Origin: Antedon mediterranea
Taxonomy: Eukaryota > Animalia > Echinodermata
Reading direction: 5' to 3'
NCBI RefSeq assembly: GCF_964355755.1
Contig: NC_092677.1
Coordinates: 5,850,101-5,914,100, forward strand
Length of the DNA: 64,000 nt
Each line of letters opens with the position of its first letter. The stretch's first letter is position 1. A program made the position numbers and the translations under genes. Below the pieces are notes generated by a model. That model had not been told where the DNA came from and searched no databases. It was given only the letters and a program-made list of their open reading frames with translations. This document shows, one piece after another, positions 1 to 11,800 of the stretch.

Positions 1-74
1 AGACAGGGCATAAAACAAACTAACGTGTATTAGAATGTTCGTCAAAACACATGCGTTTTGTATGGTGCCGGATG

Positions 75-454
75 GCGTAATTTTTTTTTCCAGGACGAAC
101 GTGGGCAGAAATCATGAATAATTCATGATTAATTATGACATAATAGGGAACATTATAGAGGGCGCTGTATAAGAATGCCGAGAGATTAAAAAATTAGTGT
201 AAACAACGTTTGCCAACCGAAATGTTTGGTCTAGTGGTAAAGGCTTTAACATATTACGCTGAAGCACTCGGTTCGAGGTCTTTCATGAACTTGTTTTTTT
301 TTAATAGTTGAGAGAGATTATTTAGAGGGTTAGGTTTAGTATATTTAGGAAGTAGATCAGCTATCTTTCAATTCTTTATAATAGAAAATAATTATTAAGG
401 TAATGAATTATTCATGACTTCTGCCCACGTTCGACCTGGAAAAAAAAAACACGC
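75..454. mobile_element. Non-autonomous TIR element (MITE), Mutator-like, carrying a tRNA-like internal module
   Basis: ~50-bp TIRs: GCGTAATTTTTTTTTCCAGGACGAACGTGGGCAGAAATCATGAATAATTCAT (75-126) and its near reverse complement (403-454). Flanks tgccggatg / tgccggccc look like a degenerate 9-bp TSD. Internal A/B-box-like segment at ~228-280. Confidence 0.75.
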
Positions 455-859
455 TGCCGGCCCCAATGTGTTCTCACTTTAATTGCATACGAAGTAGTAT
501 ATCAATATTAAATCTTACATTCCTATTTTAAACTATAAACAGCATGACGACCATATTTTGTATGGCAACATTATGCCATTATGTGCTTAGAAAAGCGTTG
601 GCTATACATTTTCAAGTTTAGTCTAGCTTTCATTTGTCTGTGTGTTAATAATGTATACATAATCATAAATATAAAGATGTCGGTGTTACTAATTAATATC
701 ATTTACCTAATAAAAGCAAATATCACATTGAAAATTTGCAATATTTATAACCTTTTACCATTACGGTGCATTTTTATCATTACTTTTGATATGGGAGTTT
801 TAAGAATTTCCAGTTACCAAGACTTACCAAGAGGGCGACATTAAAAACTGGTCTTTATA

Positions 860-2290
860 ATATTTTATTTATTTTTTTTTTTATTTTATTCAGTTGTCAA
901 CCAACAGCGATGGAACCGCCACTAACAGGTTGAATCTAAACATAATAAATACAAAATGTATTCAAATAAACAACACAAACGTAAACAAAGATAACAACAT
1001 TAAAGAGATTAAACAATTTTACCCTTAAATACATTTAAACTATCATATAAATCAATATCCAAACAAGTAACCTATTAAATGTGTTAGGTAACCGCTGAAA
1101 GATACCTCGTTTTGTGCATTCAACACGACCACAAGGAACGTGAAGCAAACACTTGCTGCGAGTACGAGTTGGTATATTCAACTTAAACAAAGCAACAAGA
1201 GGACAATCATAAACGGAATTGAATGAGTTGTATAAAAAAAAAACTCAAAAACAACTCTACGATTTTCAAGAGAAATAAGAGAAACATAAAAATTAGGACA
1301 AGTGCGAGCAAGGAATCTAATGAATTTGTTCTGAACATTATAAATACGCTGAGATTGAGTACAAGAAATTGAATTTAAAATGACTGAACAGTATTCCAGG
1401 TGGGGGCACACGACTGAACGGTACAATGATGTTAATGCTCCACCATTGCCCATGAATCTACAGTTCCTCCATAACAAACCCAGCATTCTATTTGCCTTAC
1501 ATACAACATAATTAACATGTAAACAAAAATTTAACTTACTATCAATTAAAACTCCTAAATCCCTTTGAGAATTAACACAATCTAATTCCTGATCATTCAA
1601 CTTATATTTGGTTATAATAGGCTTTGTTTTCAGAGTGATACACAAAGATTTACATTTGCTTATTTTTAAAGAAAGTTTCCATGTCTCAGCCCATCCCACA
1701 AGAGAATCCAGATCCTCTTGCAGCAGATGAGCGTCGTCAGGTGAAGAGATTACTTTAAACAACTTTTAAGGTCATCAGCAAACAGAAGTGATTGTGAAAA
1801 CTTAAAAACAGAAGGAAGGTCATTAATATACAAATTAAAAAGCAAGGGGCCAATAATTGACCCCTGCGGAACCCCATAAAGTACAGGAAGCCACTCAGAA
1901 CAGTTTCCACTGATGACTACCCTCTGCTTCCTGTCAGTCAAATAATCCGAAAACCATTTAAGAAGATTGCCTTTTAAACCAAACTTTGAAATCTTAAAAA
2001 CTACACAAACCAACAGTGGTGTTGGTAGTCTATGAGTGCCGCTTACCTGGATAAACCAACATAAGCCTCTCTCTCCGACGAGAGGTAAACATTACGAAAA
2101 GAAGAACATTAATAACATTAATTTTTCCCCACCCCCGTCGGATAATGGATCAGTCCGCCACCAGTACGCCCTCAAGTGAGACAAGTAAATCATGAGGGAC
2201 CGAGTCAAATGCTCTAGAAAAATCAGTGTAGACCACATCACATTGCTTCTTACTATTCAAAGCATTGTATGCTGTAGAAAGAAGCAAATC
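860..2290 (-). mobile_element. 5'-truncated, decayed non-LTR retrotransposon (CR1/L2-group LINE) ORF2 reverse transcriptase fragment
   Basis: Broken ORFs 2150-2353, 1750-2013 and 1178-1762 give RT motifs DFSRAFDSVPH, GVPQGSIIGPLLF, FADDLK, RDLGVLID, KANRMLG and PHLEYCS. There is a frameshift near 1760, a ~180-bp interruption at ~2002-2182 and an A-rich 3' tail at ~860-890. Confidence 0.9.
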
Positions 2291-2476
2291 AATATTAATA
2301 ATATCAATGACGGCTATGTACCGAAGATGAGAAGATTGAAAAATACACAACACAAAATGGAACCGATTTGTCTAATAGCACTAATGACGACAATGGCGAT
2401 GAGCAGAACTGTTTTTATGTTTCCCGAAAGAGGAAATATTAAGTTATTTTTAAACCATGAAGAACTGTTTTGTTCA

Positions 2477-2479
<3 letters not shown>

Positions 2480-2572
<93 letters not shown>
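2480..2572. repeat. (TA)n microsatellite
   Basis: Uninterrupted TA dinucleotide run. Confidence 0.98.
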
Positions 2573-2575
<3 letters not shown>

Positions 2576-3022
2576 TGTTTCGGTTATTTCTTACGGTACA
2601 TAATTATGGAAACTGAAAATAAAAGTAATGCGTTATTTAATGTAAAAGTGATGTTCACAATCACAAACTCAATCATACGCTGAAACAGTAGATAGCGGTA
2701 AGTGGTGTATTTTTTTATATATTTAACAAAGGCACTGTGCCCTTTTACTTTTATCAAACATGTAAATCCTTATAAAGAACATTCTGTGTTACTGTTACTT
2801 AATAGCAAAACAATCGTTTATGGATATTATTGGACTCTTTAGTGGAGGACATTGCCGATAAGCTATGTTACATTCAGAAATTATCGTGAGTTTCTTTATC
2901 ATGATGTTCTATATCAACCTGCAGTCGTTAACGTAATGACTTGATATTATCGTTAACCAAGTTGATAACATCAGCAGTCGCAACCCTTACTAACAAGTGA
3001 ATCCTAACTCCTATTTATAGAT

Positions 3023-6000
3023 ATGGCAACATATTACCTGTTTCTGCTATTTCTTTGTCAGCAGACAATAGGTAAGTTTAATTTAAACAAGTTTGTTATT
3101 ATGGTTTATTTTTGCCGAAGGTTGGAAACCCTACTCAATCCAAAAGACCAATACTTGTTTATATTCTCGACAAGACAAAACATACTATGGGTATGGATTT
3201 TTGCCACATAGCGCTAGGTAGAGCTGCAGTTAGGCCAATGTGCACACTACACTATTATTGCTATTTCAATAATACAATCACCAATATGTAAGAGAATATT
3301 ACTCTACATGTTTTTATTTAAGAAAATTATTTTCCAAAATGCCCATAGGAAAATGGCAAAAGGCTTCCTACTTTCTAGGAGTTTTATGTGGTAAAGTTAT
3401 CAGAGAGTATATGCTGTTTTTGACAACTCTGTAACATGACCACAGTCCTGATTTTTGCTTAGTAGTTATCGTTTTTCAAACTGATATGCTTTATTTGTAG
3501 TCTCAGGTGTAACACAATTGTCGATAATTGAAGGCGAACCAATCTCAGTTAACGTTTGCATGTCCATTGAGAGAGAAGATGCGGTAAATTGGTTTAAAGA
3601 TAGAGAAATAAATACAAACAAACTGATCGTTAATTCTGCTAATCGTCAATCGGGAAATTTCTCAATGGATGGAACTTCAGGCAATTTGGTCATAAAACAA
3701 GTAAACAGAAAGGACGCTGGCCTCTACACATGTCAGGTTGTTGAAAAGGCCAAAGAAAGTCATTGTATTGAAACGTATGACTTAAATGTATATTGTGAGT
3801 TGTTACTTATGTATAATGTGATAATATCAAAGGTATCAAATTGTATGATTATAGCTATTTTTTCACCCGATTCCCAGTGCTGTATCTCTCCATATACTTT
3901 CCGAGGTATCATAGGAATATTTGGCAATACAGCATCTTATTCAGATCACATGCTGTGCCTGTATCAATGTAAAGATTACGGGTTAGGTTGCTACTAGATA
4001 CACGTGAAATACATCTGATGTTGTATTACCAATATTCCTATGATAATTCGGGAATAGATACAGTACTAAGAATCGGCCAATTATGTTTATTGTGTTTTAG
4101 GATGGCTTTCTATTAGAGTAGTTGATTATTACTCGTGAGCTAAATGAAGGCGCTTAACTACAATTATTAAACCCACATTTATTTACATACTAACACAAAT
4201 AAAGTACTATGGGTCTACCTTCTTTTTAAAAGCAAAATGCCAAAATTAACAGATGTATAGTGTTGTTTTGGTATTACCAAGACAACACTATAAATCTGTT
4301 AACTTTTTTATTTCTTTATGGTTTTCAAAACTATCGTCACCATGTGATGCTATGTAACTTCCATAAATTACTGCTAAGTAACTTCCATGAATTATTATTG
4401 TTGCGCTCTACTATTGAACGCCTAACGGTATTATAATGCTAAGACAAGGAACTACCACAGGCAATATATCTGTATAATGTACTTGTACTGAGGTTGGGTA
4501 AAATTTTACTTATAAATTTATAAAATACTTCTGACGCAAACATTTGTATTTAAAAAAAATATGTATGGCAAAAAGAAGCCACACCAAATCCACCCGGTTG
4601 AAGCTCAGGTGATAATAATTGTGTTTTCTTTTCCTATACTAGATATGGATTCTCCAATTCTAACATCTTACACTGAAAACTATATATTTTACTGCGAATG
4701 GGCTGAAATATATCCAGACATTAAACCAGATGTGCAGTGGATATATAATGGAGAAATACGGGACACTAAAACAACTAAATACAATGTGATCACAACAAAT
4801 AAAACAAGTATGCTGATGGTGCACCAAGTATCTGAAAACGACTTTGGAAACTATGCTTGTCGTATCACTGTTGAAACAAGGGCAGGAAATATGAGCAAGA
4901 CGAGCAAGGTTGGAGAAATTAAGCACACGGCTGCATGCAGTAAGTTATAAATACTCAATATGCCAAAAGTTTGTTTTTATATATTTATGCACATTTCCAA
5001 AGATATCTTTAATTTTAGTTTAAAAGTTTAGTTTAATTTAAAGGGGTAATTTTAGGCGGTGTGTGCCTTTTTAACCCCATTTTCTACAACGAATCCAAAC
5101 GTTTCAAGAATTCATTCACTATCCTTCTTAAAAGTAGCAATCTTGTTCACAAGAAAAAATAATATAATATATGCTCTACATAAACGAAGTCTTATTACAA
5201 GTCTTAGGGAGTGGAGTTATAAATTGTCATTGTCATTAGAAAAAATCCTGACACCTAGGACCCTTGGATTGGTAGCCAAGCATCATAACCTCCAAGCCAC
5301 CACAACTCCGGTTGTGAACAGCCACACTCATGTACTTCTGTTATGAAATATATATATATTTAAAGCATCTATAATAACAATATTATAACAAATTTATTTA
5401 TAGCATACTGTTGAATGCTTGTCATTTTATATTAACTTTCTACTGAACTATTTTTCTTGGCTCGAACGTCTTTCAAAAGTAAAACTATTATTTTAAAGAC
5501 CGCAGTTATTCACGGTATCTTCAAATAAAATATTCAATACCATTTGCCATAACACAAACAATTAGTATATGTGTGAACATAATTCTAATCATGTTTATGT
5601 TGCAATACGACAATAGGTTTCGATGAAAGCAGCAGAAGCGTCAGAAGAAGATCTCTAGACCTATGGTTAATTGTGATTGTGTGTGCAGCGATCTCTTTTG
5701 TTTGTATTATTGGCGTTTTATGGTCAGCTGTCAACAGAAGGAGTAAGTTTTTTTTCAAAATATTTATGTAAAAACGTAGCATTGTATTTTCTCTTATTTC
5801 CATTATACCCACAAAATTTAATTGAATTTGATATTAATGATAATTGGATTAATTTAACAAGAGAGTGGTCATTTATAGTATTCAAGGTATTATTATTGCA
5901 TGCGCATGTGCACTATCTATTTTACAATATTTGATGGCTAGTTTTTAGTATAGTTGCACAATTAAGGGCACTCTAATGTTCAATTCTGTATTGTTATTAA

Positions 6001-6720
6001 TATGGCCACAGCAATAAATATAGTAATTAAGAAATATGCATTACAATGTCATGTCTATAGGGGGCGACCTACATCCGGTTTTATACAATGCTAGTCAATA
6101 GACGATTGGCAACTAGCTATATTTAATTAATTCCTAAACTCGCGGCTCAATCGAAATTGACCCGCGACAATTTTTACCCGGAGTTTGATCTACGATACAT
6201 TCATTCTTATAGTATGGACAAATTGAGAGGGTTATGGGTAGGGTATTTATGTATGAGTACCGGCAGAGACATCATCGGGAGTAACATAGGCATACTCGAC
6301 TGAAAATACTGTAATACCAACTTCTTTTTCTTTTCTTGCATTATACTATTTATGTTCATTATCAGTTGTATATTTACAGTATTATGCTACTCTGTATTTT
6401 GCTTTATTATTTGTGGAAATAAATATTATTATTATTATTAATCTTTAATACATCACTGATAGAGAATTAATATTATTTCACCTAATTACGTTTTATTATT
6501 TATATTGTATTCTACATCAGATCAAACATCAGAATTTTCATCAAGTATTACAGGCCCGGAAAATGAAGACGATTTACCGGTACCTCTACACCCATACATT
6601 TCCCAACCTGTCATTATTCCGGATGTATGCGATGGTATGACCAGGTCTACTACTATGGCAACTATTGAAACAGACAATATGTCATTAAATTGGTCAGGGT
6701 ATGATGAAGTTCAAAGCTGA
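3023..6720 (+). CDS. Type I membrane immunoglobulin-superfamily receptor (signal peptide, 2 Ig domains, TM, cytoplasmic tail ending SGYDEVQS), 321 aa
   Basis: Exons 3023-3071 (signal MATYYLFLLFLCQQTI), 3501-3794 (Ig1: C..VNWFK..DAGLYTC), 4643-4939 (Ig2: C..VQWIY..DFGNYAC), 5617-5742 (TM LWLIVIVCAAISFVCIIGVLWSAV then NRR) and 6521-6720 (tail, stop). All introns are GT-AG and phase 1; total 966 nt in frame. A probable 5'UTR exon ends at 2885. Confidence 0.85.
3867..4076. mobile_element. Palindromic MITE-like inverted repeat in intron 2 of the Ig receptor
   Basis: CCGATTCCCAGTGCTGTATCT...TATCATAGGAATATTTGGCAATACAGCATC pairs with GATGTTGTATTACCAATATTCCTATGATA...AGATACAGTACTAAGAATCGG. Confidence 0.6.
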
Positions 6721-8030
6721 TTTATCTCAAACTAGTAACTAGTTATACGCTCTCGGTTATTTAGTTATATTATTAGATACATTATATGCATGACGTATAA
6801 TTCTTACACAGCGTACGTCATTAGTGAAAATAGACGGAAATATACCATATAATGAGGGCTACTAAACCACGTCGATGTCGCCATCACGTAATAATAAATA
6901 TGAGAGATTAAGTTCTTTATGTGTACACCTTTTATAAGTATAGAAATTCACTCTTGCATTTACTTCATTAATTCGTAAATTTACCATATATCATGTATCA
7001 TGTATATCATGATAGTCGAGATCCATACGCTATAAATACATCACTCATATAACGTTGCGTACAATAGGAAAATACCTCACTGTGGAACAGCCGGTTAAAT
7101 CATGCATATTATACAAAACTAGGCATAGAAGGCATTACCAATTGTAAATAAAAACCGTACTTACTTGAATGTCTCACGGGCATTTTTAACGTCAATCCCA
7201 GTTGAATTAAAATCAAATCCAAGTTATAAATCCAAAGTATAAATCCAAAACCGCAATAGTATAAATATATCCTTTGTCAAATGTCTTTCAATTCTTCAAT
7301 ACTACCGTTTCTATTTTGTATAATGGCGGGTAATCGGTTATTGAAATTTTCCCGAAATGCATGATGGAAACATAGGGATTTCGTGAAAAAGTATACAGTC
7401 TGGTGCAAAAGCCTAAGACACATGAATTATGCATGGCGCGATGACGTAATAGGGACATTACTACACATTTGTATACAGTATTTAAAAAAATGTATTATAG
7501 GCCTAAATGTATATTATTTTTAAAATTGATTTTATCTTGCCAATAAAAACAACTTTGTAAATGTTTACAAGTTAGTAATATGTCTAAAACAGCGTTTTCT
7601 TGCAAGTCATTTTTTAAACGTATATCTGCGAAAACTAAATTGTCTTTATGTTGTGGTATACCGCACAGTTTTATAATATTTTTTAATTTTAGTTAAGTAT
7701 TTTCTGTCGGTGTGTAAGTAATAATGAAACAAAGTTTGAATAAAATAAATAAATATCAATTTCGACATTACTTATTCCAGTTGATATACTCAGAGATATT
7801 ATAATCTACCGAGGCCTATACTTATTATGGTAATGAGAAGTAATTAGATTGCTAGCTCACTATTAGCTGTTGTTTCAGTTTCTATTACTATTCACTAAAA
7901 ATAAAACCAATCTATTTACTTTGCTTTATCAAGATATTTTATTAGATATACAATGATAATATTAGTATTGAAAGGAAGAAATGTTTAACGAATGGTGATA
8001 ACATTTGAATAATATTACTATTAAGCCTAA

Positions 8031-8194
8031 AGCGTGATTCCCACTAAAAGTGCTACGCAAAGACGTAAACGCAACGTATAGTGATTTGACCAATCACAGG
8101 CGATGGATTATTCGAACAGTCGCTTGTCCTTGGTCAAATCACTTGCGTTGCGTCTACGTCATTGCGTTGCGTCTCTAGTAGTGGGAACCAAGCT
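8031..8194. mobile_element. Harbinger/Tourist-like MITE, family A (copy 1)
   Basis: Palindromic element with termini AGCxTGxTTCCCACTA...TAGTGGGAACCAAGCT, flanked by TAA on both sides. Same family at 9272, 12128 and 40544. Confidence 0.8.
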
Positions 8195-8873
8195 TAATAC
8201 ACATTTTCTATTTTTTTTAAATATTTAACTCTACTCAAATATTTTTCAAAATTAGGCATATTAAATTACTTTTATTTTATGGTTGTGTACACGAAGATTA
8301 AAAGTACTGAAGGAGCTAAATGGCACCAGATTCACACATGCAATTCAACATTCTTTCAATATGTATCGTTGCAAGAAAATCTGCGCATATCTTTCTGTCC
8401 GAACTAGCATGTTTTGAAAGCATTGTCAATTTTGTTTTGTTTTTTTGTTACATTTTGTTGTTACATGTTTTGTATGTGTGAATCGAACATTTTGATGCCA
8501 GATCATTATTTTTGCCACATGCTATTAAATGTTTACATACTCTTTTGCGTTTAAAATATGTAATTCGTTTCATAATTATAATTACAATTTTATTTTATAC
8601 GTCCGCTTATGGCGCGTCATATATGTTGCGGATTCTGTCATGTGACAGATGACGTTTAACGTAGTCATCATTTTCAATTTGTCAAGGCGGTCCCCATGAT
8701 TATTCTGTTTCCACTGCACTGTTGATATTTCTAATACATGTATTATGTAGGCTAAAATTCATTTCATTTTACAATAAGCATTATCGTTATTACAAACTAA
8801 ATTGAGCAAATATGGCATATGGCGCATTCAACAAACAAATAAAATAAGGACAATTTTTTCTTAAATTTGAATG

Positions 8874-11800
8874 TTAAACAAAGAACAATAGTGAAAGTAA
8901 CAAGTCAAAGAATGTAGTTAAATAAGAAGAAGATGCAATCGAAGTTGAGTTTACTGGCGTCGTAACTTCTTCCGATTGTTTGTTTGTGTATACAAATGTT
9001 TGAATCGATCTGGCCTCGATGTTTGCGTTTATGCAGCCAACTCCACTTTCACACACACTTATGTCCGACGCTTTGTCATTTCTAAAACACAAACAAGTCA
9101 TGTTACTACATGTGAACATGAATATCTATTTCTGTTATTTATGTTATTATATATTTATCCTCTTTATTGCAATTCGTTAGGAAAGAAATTCTAGTGATGA
9201 TCGTTTTTAGTAAAGATTGAAGAAGATTTAGATCTAGGAAACACAAAACTAGATGGCTACGGTGACGGTAAAGCGTGGTTGCCACTAGCGACGCAACACA
9301 AGGACGTAACGCAACGCAAGTGAATTGACCAATCACAAGCGATGGCTTATTCGCTTGTGATTTCTAACTGTCTATAACTTCGCTTGTCATTGGTTAGAAC
9401 GCTTGCGTTCCGTTTACCTCCTTGCGTTACGTTCTAGTGGGAAACAAGCTTTAGTTTGTGATCACAAGCTTATCAGAAAGTCATTGAATCAGTCATCAAG
9501 TTATTCTCACTGTACCTGTTCAAAACAACAGTGGCCACTCTTCCAGATTCATCAGGCAGTTCAAAAGCAATTGAATCAAACTTGTTGCAGCCGGTGGTAG
9601 CAACGCATTCCGTCGTTACGCCGATACGCACGGAGTCTGGTTGTACAAATTTACTAAACAGAACAACATCAACATTTAAATGACAAAATGTGAGATTTTA
9701 AAGCCACGCAAAGAGCTATGAACAATGCACCGAATCTATTAATTAGTGTTCGATTTTATTTTTCAAATTCACCACACAAATATTAAACTGTTACATTTCT
9801 ATAAATACGCAGTTAGATAGTGTAAATTGTAATGTGGCCAATAAACTTAATTCATACATACCAATTAGAAGGATAAACTTACCTAAAATGACCCAGGTGG
9901 TAAAACATAGGCTGTTTATAAATGGTGTCATTATCGAAGTCAGCAATGATTGGTGCGTCTACAAAATTTCTCACCCAATTTGGACCACCTTGCATATCTA
10001 AAACCAGATTCCAATCAACCCATCCAGCTACAAAGTTGTTCATATCCTGAGCAGAGAGCATTATACAACATTTAGGTATTGCCAGATCAATCCAATTGAC
10101 TTAGGCCTATCTATTACATTAGATCTATCTATCACTACTACCAAGGCAATCTAACAGGGGCACCGGAGATCAAAAGCGATGCTATTGTTGAAAGTTTCGA
10201 TATATTATGTTACCACGGTAAACAAGCTCTAGTCTCCTAGTGTGGCTTGGATTTTCTTTCCTCATAATCTTTAAAAAAATGATAATTCACTTTCTTAATG
10301 TACCTCCATGATATCTTTAGAGTAAGCTTCTCCACGTTCCCAGCTGCCTAAAATGACTGCAGCATCGAGGGGGAGGTATCCCTCGCAGGCCTCTGTCGCC
10401 AACATGAAGTAATCTGGGAAAAGATCATGTGTCTGCGATAATAACGTAGCTGGTACGAGGTCGTCGTAATACCAATGTACACCGATTCCAGACACGTATT
10501 TGGCCGCTTCTTTATCATTGAGGACCTGATTTAAACAAAAGATGTGTTAACTTTTTTTAATGGAGAATTCATTTATCAGAAGACGTCAAAGTATTTTGAC
10601 AGAATCATCTAGATTTCGTTAGATCTTTCTGAGCTCTTAGGCCTAAATAATCATAAGATTGTTTATATATTATGCGACGAAGAAAGATTAACGACACCGG
10701 GTAGCGATTTTTTTTTCGTACATAAGTTGGGGACCCCATGTGAAAGATAGCCGAACTACTTCCTAAATATAACTAAACCTAACCCTCCAAATAATCTCTC
10801 TCTCACTATAAAGTAAAAGAAGTAGCTCATGGGAGTCGAACCCCATACATCGACATGTAAAGTCCATAGTCTTATCCACTCGACTACACAGACGGCTCGA
10901 CAGAATTCGTTTGCATTAGCGAATTGTAGTTAGCTGAATTCTTACGTCACACCTTATGGATATGATTAATGAATATTCATGTTTATTTTGTGACGTTTCA
11001 CGAGGGGTCCCCAACTTATGTACGAAAAGAAATATCGCCACCGGGTAGCCCCATGCCCTGCTCTTTAAATGTACACGAGCCAGATGTGTACAGTATAATC
11101 CTCTAGTTTTAAGTTCTTAGAAGAAATTTTCGGTTCAACAAATATAGGTCAAACTGGTGGGACCAAAAACTAATTTAAACTAACCATCAACATTGATAAA
11201 ACAGTGTGAATAAAGTTAATCAAATTAATGACTGAAACAAATTACCGTTTCGACCCATCCTGGCAAAAGGAACCGTTGATCGTCAAGTATCATTAACTTT
11301 ACGTCACCAAATCCCCGTTCCTCAAGTATAGGTCCTAGGTCCATCTTGATGAAATCCCTTTGCAGAGACGCATTAAAAAAGAGGCATTGCCATGGGTAGC
11401 GTTCAACCTCTCCCGCCGTCGGCTCATTCTGACCAGTCAAGCCCCATATGTCAATGTCTTGTTTAGCATATTCCTCGATAAATCTGGTGGTAGGTGATAA
11501 AAGCAAGAATAATGAAAGAAACGTTTTAAAATTGCAACATCACTCTGTCCATATTTTATGTGATGTTTTTTGTTTCTTTGAAGTTTCACTTTTTTCTGGT
11601 GGAATTGTCTCTCCAGAAACAACGGTTACACATAAACTTTATGTTAAAAATTGAATTTGCTTATGTTTTTAGTCAAGTATTTTAACTCATTGTAGGTTTA
11701 GCTTGTAGATTAACTTTTGTTAATTATGTAAGTAATGCTTCCTATGGATATGAAGTCCAAAATAAAGATACATGAATGAATGTCATTTATATAATAATTG

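Noticed and set aside
228-280. tRNA gene candidates here and at 10830-10890, 40960-41025, 41125-41190, 57055-57120 and 60560-60630
   Set aside because: Only A/B-box-like remnants without a complete cloverleaf; they are embedded in SINEs or MITEs.
581-844. Many 60-100 aa hydrophobic ORFs in the ORF track (e.g. 581-844, 28708-28983, 46131-46418, 51458-51730)
   Set aside because: Composition simply reflects AT-rich non-coding DNA; no domain motifs or splice-consistent context.
2192-2683. 163-aa ORF with an (IY)n run
   Set aside because: Artefact of the (TA)n microsatellite plus the antisense strand of the LINE fragment.
7393-7425. Tc1/mariner-like terminus TACAGTCTGGTGCAAAAGCCTAAGACAC
   Set aside because: No matching opposite TIR or transposase was found in the window, so it is too weak to annotate.
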